A stretch of DNA of 64,000 nucleotides from Anaeromyxobacteraceae bacterium (lineage in GTDB: Bacteria > Myxococcota > Myxococcia > Myxococcales > Anaeromyxobacteraceae), in the NCBI GenBank assembly GCA_047602405.1, contig JASGHJ010000002.1, forward strand, positions 1,984,001 to 2,048,000, given 5' to 3'. Below the pieces are notes generated by a model, which saw nothing but the letters and a program-made list of their open reading frames with translations, made no database searches and was not told the origin of the DNA. A program made the translations under genes and the position numbers. Positions 54,956 to 64,000 of the stretch are shown piece after piece; within the stretch, counting starts at the first letter, position 1; every line of letters begins with the position of its first letter.

Positions 54956-57900
54956 CAGTACGCCACCTGCGCCCGCAGGAAGAGCCGCCCCACCTGCTCG
55001 TCCGGCGACAGCCCGTCGCTGTCGAAGCCCACGACATGGTACCCGACCGCGAGGCGGCCCGAGGCTCCCCCGGCCTCGGGAGTCCCGAGCCGTACGCCGA
55101 CCTCGCCGCGCAGCGCGCTCCGCGCGCCGAGGTCGCCGCCGGAGAGCGGCCCGCGCCGCGCCGCCTCGACGCCGAGGTCGACCGGGCCCACCACGCGGAC
55201 CGCGGCCCGCACCGAGCCCGACAGCCGGTCGTCCCTCGCGCCGGCCACGCGCTGGACGGCGACGCCGGCCCCCGCGCCCAGCTGCAGCCGGCCCAGCTCC
55301 GCCGTCGCGGCGAGCCGGCCGAGGACGCCCTCGCGCGCGAGCCCGCCGGGCCGCTGCTCCTCGAGCCGGGTCACCGTGCCGACGAGCGCGCCGTGGCCGA
55401 GGCGCAGCGCGGCCCCGCCGGAGAGGTCGAGGAGCCGCGCGCGAACACCCGCCATGGTGCCGCCGGTGTAGCCCGCCCGGGCGGAGAGCACGAGCGGGAC
55501 GACGGGGCGCCACTCCAGGGAGCCCCCCGCGGCCACGACGCCGTCGCCGCCCTCCCGCCGGAGCTCCCCGCGCAGCCCGACGCGCACGGGCCCGGCCACC
55601 GCGCCCGCGGCGGCCGCGTACGCCGCCCGGTCCACGAGCTCGCCGGCCGGCGTGAGCCGCTGGCCCCGCTCGCTCGACATCGAGACGCGCAGCGACGGCG
55701 CGGGGACGAGGGCGAGCCCCACCACCCTCCCCGTCCGCAGGCCGAACGCGTCGCGCCCGGCGCGCTCCTCGGTGAAGACCTCGGTCCCGCCGGCGCGCCG
55801 CCGCGCGCCGAGCGCCGCGACCTCGCCCGCGCCGCCGGTCGAGAGGGACGGGGCGTCCGGATCCGCGGTGAAGGTGCCGTACACGGCCTCGCCGCCCCGG
55901 GCCCGCTCCCCGGAGGCCTGGAGGCGCGCGCCGAGCTCCGGACCCCAGCCGGCCCGGAGCTGGAAGCGCGCGGCGGGCAGGTCGAGCGCCACGCCCGCCG
56001 CCGTGAACGTGGGATCCACGCCCTCCCCGGTCGTGCGCAGGCCCTGGTGGTGGGAGAGGTCGAGCGCCACGCGCGGATCGAGCCGGTACCGCACCCGCGC
56101 GCCCGCGCCCGTCTCCTCGCCGGCGTGGGCACCCCGCCGCTCGGCGTCCACGACCTCGGCCACGAGCTCGAGGCGCTCGCCCCCGTAGCGGCCCCGGCCG
56201 ACGATCCGCCGGGCGTCCTCCGCGTTCGCCGGCTCGAAGCCCGGCGCGAGCGGCGCACCCCGGCGCTCGGCCCAGACCACGCTCCCGCTCACCGGCCCCG
56301 TCCCCGCCTCGAGCGAGGCGCCGCGCTCGCGCGCAGCGCCGGCCTCCTCGAAGCCGCCGTCGGCGTAGCCCGCGTCGCGCTCCCGCCACCAGCCGCCGAG
56401 CCGCACCGGGCCCGCGTCGAGCTTGCCCTCGAGGTGGACCGCGTCGGCCGAGGTGCCGGCGCGCGCCGGGGTGGCGGAGGAGGTGCGGTAGCCGCCGTCC
56501 CAGGAGCGGTTGAACGGCGCGTCGCCGGGCAGGCCCCGGGAGCGGGCGACCTCGCCCCGCAGGCCGAGGAAGCCGAGGTCGAGCGTCGCCGCCGCGCCCG
56601 CGAGCTGGTAGTCCGCCGCGCCGGGCCGCTCCTCGCGCGCCCCGCGGGCCTCGAGGGCCACCGGGCCGGCGCGCAGGCCCGCGCGGCCGCCGGCGAGGTC
56701 CTCGGCGCCGGCGCCGCGCGCCGCGTGGAGGTACTCGACGACGAGCGTGGCCTCGGCGGCGAGCCCCGGGGCGCCGGTCTCGACCGCGGCCGGCGCCGCC
56801 ACCGACGGCAGCGGCCGCGCGAGCGCGAGCCGCCCGGAGACCTCGTCGAGCTCGTAGTCGTCGCCGCGGACGAGCGCGCGCCGCGCGGTGAGGAGCCCGG
56901 TGAACGGATCGCGCCACTCCACCCGCACCGAGGCGCTCCCGGGCACGAGCTCCCCGGACGAGAGCCAGTAGAAGGCGCCGCCGTGCGCCGCGAAGGCGTC
57001 GCGGGCCTGGGCCGGCGGCGCGTTCCCGCGCGCGTCGGTGCGCGACGAGGCCCCGAAGGCCGAGGCCGCGAGGCGCAGCGGGCCGAGGTCCCGGCCCACG
57101 TCGGCGCGCGCGCCGAAGAGCGCGCGATCGTACCGGCCGAGCTCGGAGGGCCCCATCGCGCCGCCCGGGCCCCCGGCGCCGCCGCCGAGCCCGGCGCGCG
57201 TGCCGCCGAGGTCGAGCGCGAGGTCGGGGCCGCGCAGCCGCGCCCAGGCGCGGCCGCGTGCGGCGTTCCGGTCGTCGGCCGCGGCGTCGTCCCCCGCCGA
57301 GAGGAAGGAGCGCTCCGGCACGAGGGCGTGCCCGAGCGTGAGGCCATCGCGCGGCTTCAGGAGGTCCGCCGCCTTGCGGTCGCGGTCGTCGACGTCGACG
57401 CCCGCCTCGACGGAGACCGGGCCGAGCGCGCCGCGCACGGCGCCGGTGCCGCGGCCGGAGACGAGCACGTTCGGGTCGCCGCCGAGCGCCACCTCCACGT
57501 CCACGAGGCCGGCGCCGGCGAGCCGGGCCGTCCCGCCCCGCGCGTCCACCGTGACCGCCGGCGTGCCCGCGCCGCCCGGGAGCGCGATCTCGACCGGGCC
57601 GGCCGCGCCGGGCACCCACGCCGCGAACGCGCCCGCGTCGCCCGCGACCGCCTCGACCGGACCGACGCGCACCCGCGCGCCGGGCGCCGCCGCGCCGTGC
57701 ACGAGCGCGCCGCCCGCGCCGGGGAGGACGCCGAACGCGGCGAGGAGCGCCGGGCGGCCGGGGATGACGAGGTCTCCGAGGCCCTCCCGCGGCACGAGGT
57801 GCATGGGCCAGCGGAAGACGCCCGCGCGGCCCTCCGGCGTCGAGAGCGTGAGGCGGACGTCGTTGTCGCCCGGGACGAGGACCACCTCGAGCGCGAAGGC

Positions 57901-58446
57901 GCCGTCGTCGCCCGCCGTGGCCTCCGCCGCGCCCGCGGCGAGGCGCGACCCCGGCGCGGTCCGCCCGGTGAGGGTCCAGTGCAAACCCGCGCCGTCGCGC
58001 CACGGGGCCTCGGCGGGGATGGGCGAGGGCTCGAGCGGAGGCGCCCCACCCGCGAGCGCCCGCACCGGGAGGTCGACCCCTGCCGCGCCGCCGGGCGCGA
58101 GGTCCACGAGCGCGCGCGCCGGGAGTCCCTCCACCGCGAGGCGCTGGCCGCCGTACGCGAGGCGGTCGCCCGCGAGCAGCCGCCCCGGGACCTCGAGGAG
58201 GTGGTACCGCCCGCGGGCGTCGGCGAGGGCCACCTGGCCCGCGGCCGTGAAGACGCGCGCCCCGGCGACGCCCGGCTCGCCCGGCCCGCAGCGGCCGTCG
58301 CCGTCGAGGTCCACGCAGACGCGGCCGAGGATCGTCCCGCCCGGATCGGCGGGTCCGCCGCCGATGACGACCGGATCGTCCGCACCGGCCGCGGCCGGCG
58401 CGAGGGCGGCGGCGAGCGCCACCGCCCGGAGCCCGCGGGCGCTCAC
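54955..58446 (-). CDS. Large outer-membrane beta-barrel protein with N-terminal SdrD-B-like domain
   Basis: Signal peptide, GRVCVDLDGDG.CGPGEPGVAG, long amphipathic strand run, terminal AQVAY. Confidence 0.7.
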   Translation of the reverse strand: MSARGLRAVALAAALAPAAAGADDPVVIGGGPADPGGTILGRVCVDLDGDGRCGPGEPGVAGARVFTAAGQVALADARGRYHLLEVPGRLLAGDRLAYGGQRLAVEGLPARALVDLAPGGAAGVDLPVRALAGGAPPLEPSPIPAEAPWRDGAGLHWTLTGRTAPGSRLAAGAAEATAGDDGAFALEVVLVPGDNDVRLTLSTPEGRAGVFRWPMHLVPREGLGDLVIPGRPALLAAFGVLPGAGGALVHGAAAPGARVRVGPVEAVAGDAGAFAAWVPGAAGPVEIALPGGAGTPAVTVDARGGTARLAGAGLVDVEVALGGDPNVLVSGRGTGAVRGALGPVSVEAGVDVDDRDRKAADLLKPRDGLTLGHALVPERSFLSAGDDAAADDRNAARGRAWARLRGPDLALDLGGTRAGLGGGAGGPGGAMGPSELGRYDRALFGARADVGRDLGPLRLAASAFGASSRTDARGNAPPAQARDAFAAHGGAFYWLSSGELVPGSASVRVEWRDPFTGLLTARRALVRGDDYELDEVSGRLALARPLPSVAAPAAVETGAPGLAAEATLVVEYLHAARGAGAEDLAGGRAGLRAGPVALEARGAREERPGAADYQLAGAAATLDLGFLGLRGEVARSRGLPGDAPFNRSWDGGYRTSSATPARAGTSADAVHLEGKLDAGPVRLGGWWRERDAGYADGGFEEAGAARERGASLEAGTGPVSGSVVWAERRGAPLAPGFEPANAEDARRIVGRGRYGGERLELVAEVVDAERRGAHAGEETGAGARVRYRLDPRVALDLSHHQGLRTTGEGVDPTFTAAGVALDLPAARFQLRAGWGPELGARLQASGERARGGEAVYGTFTADPDAPSLSTGGAGEVAALGARRRAGGTEVFTEERAGRDAFGLRTGRVVGLALVPAPSLRVSMSSERGQRLTPAGELVDRAAYAAAAGAVAGPVRVGLRGELRREGGDGVVAAGGSLEWRPVVPLVLSARAGYTGGTMAGVRARLLDLSGGAALRLGHGALVGTVTRLEEQRPGGLAREGVLGRLAATAELGRLQLGAGAGVAVQRVAGARDDRLSGSVRAAVRVVGPVDLGVEAARRGPLSGGDLGARSALRGEVGVRLGTPEAGGASGRLAVGYHVVGFDSDGLSPDEQVGRLFLRAQVAY

Positions 58447-60228
58447 CTCACCTCCACGACGGCGGCCACCCCGGTCTCGGCGTCCACGACGGCGACGGTG
58501 CCCGTGCCGGGCCCCAGCGTGACGCGCCCGCCGGAGCCGTCGGCCTCGATCGGCCCGACCTCGACGCCCCGCGCCTTCACGACGACGCGCCGGCCGGGGA
58601 GCGTCTCCCTCTGCCCGTCCCCGACCCGCCAGCTGAGGACGCGTCCGCGCAGGATCGCGTGGACGACGACGGGCGACGGCGGCCGCAGCCGGACGGGGAA
58701 CTCGAAGTCGAGCGTGACGGGCTGTGCGGGCGGCTCGAACCCCTCCCACCCGGCGGCCCGGGCGCCCGGCGCGGTCACCGTCTCGGTGGGTCCGGCGGCG
58801 GGCACCGACGCCTCGCCGCGCGCGTCGGTCGTCTCGACCCGACCGCCGCCGAAGCGAACGGCGACCCCGGCCACCGGCCGTCCGTCGTGCGCGCGCGCCT
58901 CGGCGACCCAGCTCGCGCCGCGCCGGCGGAGGGCCAGCGAGGCGAGGTCGCCCGGCGGGGCAGGCGGGAGCTCGAAGTGGAGCCTGACGCGCTGGACCCA
59001 GTCGCCCGGCTCGCGACGGAGCACGAGCCGGTCCGGTGTGACGAAGCCGTCGGTGGAACCCGGCGGGCCCGCCGCGCGGCCCAGGGTGTCGCCCCGGCCG
59101 TCGAGCGCGAACGCCTCCGCCGGGCGGCTCTCCCCCGGGATGAAGCCTCCGTCCTCGCGCACGTCGACCGCGAGCTTCTCGGGCCCGCCCTTCCCGAGCG
59201 CGATCGCCTGCTCGTCGCGCGAGGCCGGGCCACCGGCCGGGTAGCTCACGAGGAGCCGCGCCTCGCCGGCGCCTGCGCCGCGCGGCACCCGGTAGCGCGC
59301 GCGCAGGAGCCCGGGGTGCACCTCGGCGAGCGGGCCGAGCTCGCCGGCCGTCGCCTTGAGCTGGAGCTCCGGGCCGCGCGCCGGCTCGCCCGCGGCCTCG
59401 GCGGCGGCGCACCAGAGGAAGGCCTCCGCCCGCCCGTCGGCCGGCAGCGCGCGCGGCCAGGCCGCGCAGGCGAGGCGGTCGACCTGCGGCAGCCCGAGGT
59501 CGAGCTCGGTGCGCTTCGTGTTGCCGAGCGCGTCCACGGAGTGCGCGGTGGCGCGCGACCCGGGCGGCACCACGATGGGCACGCGGAACCTTCCGTCGTC
59601 CCCGGCGATGACCGGGCCGAAGGTCCGGCCGCCGAGGGTGATCGTGGTGCGGGTGCCCGGCTCCGACTCGCCCGGCAGGTCGATGGCCGCGGCGAGCGGG
59701 AGGAGGAGGTCGCCCACGGCCCGCGGGGTCGCGCACTGCGCGCACCGGGGCGAGAGCGCGAAGAGCACCGCGACCTCCGGGTACCGCGCCCGGGCGGGCT
59801 CGTAGCGCGCGCGGAACCGCCCCGGCCCGTCGGCCACGAGGTCGACCACCCGGCCGGAGGAGGCGACGATTCTCCGGAGGCGCGGCGGTGGGGTCGAGCG
59901 CGCCCGCCGCGTCGCGGACCGTCAGCCGGAGCGCTACGGAGGCGTCCCGGCCCTTCACCGGCGCGGGCGGCGTGGCCTCGAGCTCGATGGTGCCGGGGGG
60001 AGGCTCGACGGCGGCCTCCACCTGGGCATCACCCGCGGTGAGCACGACCCGCGCGGCGCCGGGCGCGGGCCGCACGCGGCAGAGGCCCGGGGCGACCGCC
60101 TCGACCTCGGCGCCCTGCGCCGTCAGCGCCTCCGCGCCGCGAAAGGCGACGAGCTCCCCGTCCGGCGACAGCGGCCAGGGAGGGAGGAGCACCGCCGCGG
60201 ACAGCGCGAGCGCGAGGAGTTGCTCCAT
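58443..60228 (-). CDS. Hypothetical secreted Ig-like protein; +1 frameshift at ~59870
   Basis: MEQLLALALS N-terminus joins the 58443-59849 frame after removing one base. Confidence 0.65.
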
Positions 60229-60243
60229 GCGGGTGGGGACAGC

Positions 60244-61818
60244 CTACCAGATCGCGGTGCGCCGCCGCGTGAACCACACGGCGAGTGCCAGCATCGCCAG
60301 CGGTCCGGCCGGTCCCGCGCCGCAGCCGCCCGCGCCGCGCGATACCGGATCCGCCTCGATAGCGGGAGACGCCCCTGGGGGCGGCTGGCCGGTGCCGGCC
60401 ACCGGGACCGTGCCCGTGCCCGGCGCGCCGCCGCCGGCGCCCGTGGTCGAGCCGCCCGGGTCACCGGGCAGGGCCGGGGCGAGCGGCGTGCCCGCCGGAT
60501 CCTCGACCACGCGGATCCGGAGCTCCGACCCGATGGCGCCGGTCAGGCCGCCGGAGACGAGCGCGGTGCCGGCGAGGGCCACCCGCCTGCGCTCGAGGTG
60601 CGCGGCGGGGTGCACGAAGTCGGCGGGGGCGGCGACGACGACGCCGTCGACCGCCACGGTCGCGTCCGCGAAGCCCTGCTCGTCGATGCAGAGGAGGATC
60701 CCGAGGTCCTTGCCGTCGACGGTCGAGAAGGAGACCTCGCCGGCCTGCGCCTCGGGGCGGTCGCGCGCCACGACGAGGCTCGCGAGCTCCACCGCGTCCG
60801 GGTCGTCGCAGCGCGCCGGCGGGATCTTCGGCGGCCAGTCCCCGCCCCCGCCGTCGTCCACGACCGGCAGCGGCAGCGTGTAGACCACCACGTCGAGGTC
60901 GGTCCCGTTCGACTCGGAGAGCGCGAGGGTGAGCGCGTCGCCCGAGTCGAGGACGTCGCCGACCACCTGCGCGCCCGTGGCGTGGCGCGGCACGAAGGCG
61001 AGGCCGGTGCTCCAGTTCCAGAGCACGGCCACCGGCCGGCCCGCGGAGAGGTCCTCGAAGGCGACCCAGGAGCCCGAGAGCCGGGGCGCGCGCTGGTCGC
61101 CGGCCTCCCGGAGCGCGGCCACCGTGACGCCGGTCGCGTCGAGCACCTCGACGTCGAGCCCGGTCGCCGCCGAGCGCCGGACCACCGCCGCGTGCAGGTC
61201 CGCCCCGGCCCCGTCGACGGAGACCGAGGCGATGGGCCCGTCGGTGAGCAGGTGGTGCTCGCGCCGGACGAGGTCGAAGAGGCGGACGCCGCCGCCCGCG
61301 CCCTCGTCGACGAGCGCGAGGGTGGAGCCGGAGATGGCGGGGGCGCGCTGGTCGCCGGCGAGCGCGAGCGTGCCCGAGACCCCGGTGACCGGCTGGTACC
61401 AGGCGATGTCCCGGTCGCCGGCGGGCCCGGACTCCCAAGCCGCCGCGGCGGCGGAGACGACGGGGGCCGCCGCGCCCGGCTCGGACGGCTGGCGCAGGAG
61501 CGCCCCGGTGAGGGTGAACTGGAGGGCGATGCCGGCCGGCGTCCGGTAGGCGAGCACGTTGCGGGCGAGGTCCGGCTCGGAGGCGCCGGTCGCCGCGACG
61601 CGGGTCGCGCCGGTGGCGAGGTCACCGAGGAGGACGCGGGCGCCGGCGGCGTCACTGCTCGTGAAGGCGAACTGGCCCGCGTCCAGGACCGCGCCGGCCT
61701 GGTCGCCCGGGCCGCCCGCGACCACGCGCGACGCGCCGCCCACGGGCACCGCTCCGGCGACCACGGGCAGGGCCAGCGAGAGCGCGCCCAGCACGCAGGT
61801 CGTCCATCGGTTCGGCAC
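60244..61818 (-). CDS. Secreted beta-propeller-like surface protein with MYXO-CTERM-like tail
   Basis: Signal peptide, repeated GDQRAP.(I/L)SG, Gly/Pro linker, GGCG-hydrophobic-RRR. Confidence 0.7.
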   Translation of the reverse strand: MPNRWTTCVLGALSLALPVVAGAVPVGGASRVVAGGPGDQAGAVLDAGQFAFTSSDAAGARVLLGDLATGATRVAATGASEPDLARNVLAYRTPAGIALQFTLTGALLRQPSEPGAAAPVVSAAAAAWESGPAGDRDIAWYQPVTGVSGTLALAGDQRAPAISGSTLALVDEGAGGGVRLFDLVRREHHLLTDGPIASVSVDGAGADLHAAVVRRSAATGLDVEVLDATGVTVAALREAGDQRAPRLSGSWVAFEDLSAGRPVAVLWNWSTGLAFVPRHATGAQVVGDVLDSGDALTLALSESNGTDLDVVVYTLPLPVVDDGGGGDWPPKIPPARCDDPDAVELASLVVARDRPEAQAGEVSFSTVDGKDLGILLCIDEQGFADATVAVDGVVVAAPADFVHPAAHLERRRVALAGTALVSGGLTGAIGSELRIRVVEDPAGTPLAPALPGDPGGSTTGAGGGAPGTGTVPVAGTGQPPPGASPAIEADPVSRGAGGCGAGPAGPLAMLALAVWFTRRRTAIW

Positions 61819-61958
61819 GCGCCCAGAGTTCCCCGGGTTGATCCCCCTGGTGGGAGTCTGTGCGTACGCCGGATCGCGGTCAAGAACAGCCGCCCCTCTA
61901 CGAGGGGTGGGGCGCCCCGCAGCAGGAAAAGCGGGAAACCGGTGCGACAAGGTGCGCC

Positions 61959-62885
61959 TCAGCGCGGATCCTTGTCCCACAATCCCCCGGTATCGAAACG
62001 GGCATCGGGTGCGCGGGTGTCGAGGACCACGGGCGGGCCGCGGGCCTCCGCGTAGACGCCCGCCGCGCGCGCGCGCGCGACGAGGCGCTGCTCGCCCTCC
62101 TTCAGCTCCACGGTCCCCTTGAACCGGCCGTCGGGCTGGACCTCCATCGTGGCGCCGCCGATGACGACCACGCCGCCCGGGACGGTGCGGCCGCTCACCG
62201 GGATCTTCCGGCGGTTGGTGATCCGCTCCTCCGGCCAGGCGACCTCGAGCAGCACGTCCGCCGGGATCGCGGTGGGCGCGCTCGGCGTCCCCTCGGCGGA
62301 GGCGGCGGTGCGCTGGCCGGCGGCGACCTCGACGCTCTGCCCGCCGGAGGTGAACCGCGCGGCGCCGCGCCGGACCGCGACCGCGACGACGTGGCCGGAC
62401 GAGGACACCTGCAGCTCGCCGCCGGTGGTGCGGGCGACCGCGCTCCGCGCCGAGGCGATCTCGACCGCGCGGCTCGGGTCCTCGTCGACGCGCGCCGACA
62501 CGAGGCCTCGGTCGAGGCGGAAGCGCGAGCTTTCGCTCGTGGCCTGCTCGACCCCGAACCGGCCGATCTCCTCGACCTTGAACTCGTAGGTCGGGGACAC
62601 GATCTTCACGCTCGCGCCGGGCGCGGTGACGAGGGCGTCGGACGCGACGAGCTCGTCGCCGAGGCGGGCCGGACGGCGCACCCCGCCCCGCTCGATCTCG
62701 ACGGCGCCCTGCACCTCGGTCACGCGGATGCGGACGTCCTCGGGCGGCGGCCGCGCGGCCGCGGGCCTCGGCGGCGGCGGCGCGCCCGGGGCGCGCCCGA
62801 GCAGGACCACGTACGCCCCGCCCGCCGCGCCCACCACGAGCGCGACGAGCGCCCAGAAGACGAGGCGGTCCCTGCGAGCCGACAC
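61959..62885 (-). CDS. Membrane-anchored FecR-like protein with C-terminal Ig domain
   Basis: N-terminal TM, Pro linker, VTEVQGAVE..LGDEL, VQPDGRF. Confidence 0.65.
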   Translation of the reverse strand: MSARRDRLVFWALVALVVGAAGGAYVVLLGRAPGAPPPPRPAAARPPPEDVRIRVTEVQGAVEIERGGVRRPARLGDELVASDALVTAPGASVKIVSPTYEFKVEEIGRFGVEQATSESSRFRLDRGLVSARVDEDPSRAVEIASARSAVARTTGGELQVSSSGHVVAVAVRRGAARFTSGGQSVEVAAGQRTAASAEGTPSAPTAIPADVLLEVAWPEERITNRRKIPVSGRTVPGGVVVIGGATMEVQPDGRFKGTVELKEGEQRLVARARAAGVYAEARGPPVVLDTRAPDARFDTGGLWDKDPR

Positions 62886-62916
62886 GATGGCCCACTATAC
62901 CGCCCTTCGGCGGCGC

Positions 62917-64000
62917 TCACCGGTTCTCGGCCGCCGGGAGCGTGACCGTGAAGGTGCTGCCCTCGCCGGGGCGGCTCTCCACCGCGATGCGCCCGCCGTG
63001 CTCCTGGACGATCCGGTAGGTGACCGAGAGCCCCAGCCCGACGTTGCTCCAGAGGTCCTTCGTGGTGAAGAAGGGCTCGAAGATCCGGGGCAGGTGCTCG
63101 GGGAGGATGCCCTTGCCGTTGTCGACGACGAGGAGCTCCACCTTGCCCGCCTCCGCGGCGGGGCGCGTGACGACGCGGAGCTGCGAGCCGGGGCGCTCGA
63201 GGCACGCGGTGCGGGCGTTCTGCACGAGGTTGAGGACCACCTGCGCGAGCTGGCCGGCGTCGCCGCGCGCGCGGGGCGGCGGCGCGGCGAGCTCGAGCGA
63301 CAGCGCGATGCCGCCCTCGCGGAGCTGCCCGTCCACGAGCCCGAGCGCGTCGACCACGACCTTGTTGAGGTCGAGCACCTGCGGGTCGGGCCCGGCCTGC
63401 CGCTGCTCGGAGAAGCGCAGGAGGTTCTGGGTGATGTCGCGGCAGCGGCGGGCGAGCGCCTCGATCTTCTCGAGCGCGTCGCGGTCGGGCCCCTCCTGCT
63501 TCACCCGCTCGAGGAGGAGCTGGGCGTTGCCGAGGATGCCGGTGAGCGGGTTGTTGATCTCGTGCGCGACGCCGGCGCCGAGCTGGCCGATGGCGGCGAG
63601 CTTCTGGGCCTCGACGAGCTGGGCCTGGGCGGCGCGCAGCTCGGCGGTGCGGGCCTCGACCTCCGCCACGAGCTCCTCGTTCCAGCGCTCGAGCTTCGCG
63701 CGCGAGCGCTGGAGCTCGCCCGCCATGGCGTTGAACGTGCGCGAGACCTGGCCGATCTCGTCGCGGCCCTGGTCCGGCAGGCGCACCGCGAGCTCGCCGG
63801 CGCCGAGCGCGCGGGCCGCGGCGTCGATGCGGGCGATGCCCGCGGTGGTGCGCCGCGCGAGGAGGAACGAGAGCGCGAGCACGCCGGCGGTGACGACGAA
63901 GATGGAGAGGAGCACCGCCCGGCGCATCTCCTCCACGTGCGCGAAGGCGGCGCGGGACGGCACCGTGACGAGCACGACCCAGCCCGGCAGCCCGCGCAGC
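62917..64000 (-). CDS. HAMP-domain sensor histidine kinase (5' partial)
   Basis: DEIGQV HAMP, AHEINNPL, NLVQNA, FFTTK, GLGL. Confidence 0.9.
   Translation of the reverse strand, partial: LRGLPGWVVLVTVPSRAAFAHVEEMRRAVLLSIFVVTAGVLALSFLLARRTTAGIARIDAAARALGAGELAVRLPDQGRDEIGQVSRTFNAMAGELQRSRAKLERWNEELVAEVEARTAELRAAQAQLVEAQKLAAIGQLGAGVAHEINNPLTGILGNAQLLLERVKQEGPDRDALEKIEALARRCRDITQNLLRFSEQRQAGPDPQVLDLNKVVVDALGLVDGQLREGGIALSLELAAPPPRARGDAGQLAQVVLNLVQNARTACLERPGSQLRVVTRPAAEAGKVELLVVDNGKGILPEHLPRIFEPFFTTKDLWSNVGLGLSVTYRIVQEHGGRIAVESRPGEGSTFTVTLPAAENR

Noticed and set aside
52631..59244. Very long Arg/Ala/Pro-rich ORFs (e.g. 54721-59244 +, upstream part of 52631-58003 -, also 21439-25452 + and 12605-15748 +)
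   Set aside because: Shadow frames of real genes in high-GC DNA; no motifs and they overlap well-supported CDSs

Overview
A very GC-rich chromosomal segment. MYXO-CTERM-type proteins, infC features and gene content suggest an Anaeromyxobacter/Myxococcota-like host (inference). Core content: korAB, a Rieske-queD-folE-SDR-glcD-like cluster, infC-rpmI-rplT-pheS-pheT-ihfA, leuACD-ilvBNC, thrS, tRNA-Val(GAC), a second fused 2-oxoacid:ferredoxin oxidoreductase, a TetR-HlyD-permease-TolC efflux operon, PhoD, an M16 peptidase pair and a large cell-surface protein cluster. Main findings: (1) a complete IS110-family (IS1111-type) element at 9992-11463 whose downstream non-coding region has short segments matching both strands of its own reconstructed target, i.e. 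a readable bridge/seekRNA, plus a circle-junction promoter; (2) the element lies within a mosaic of covarying hairpin repeats; (3) an unannotated 21-aa Val/Ile/Leu leader peptide with alternative hairpins upstream of leuA; (4) a dispersed REP-like palindrome family; (5) ten +1 frameshifts, most at or beside GATC, probably sequencing artefacts reflecting GATC methylation. All calls come from reading motifs; no database searches were run.
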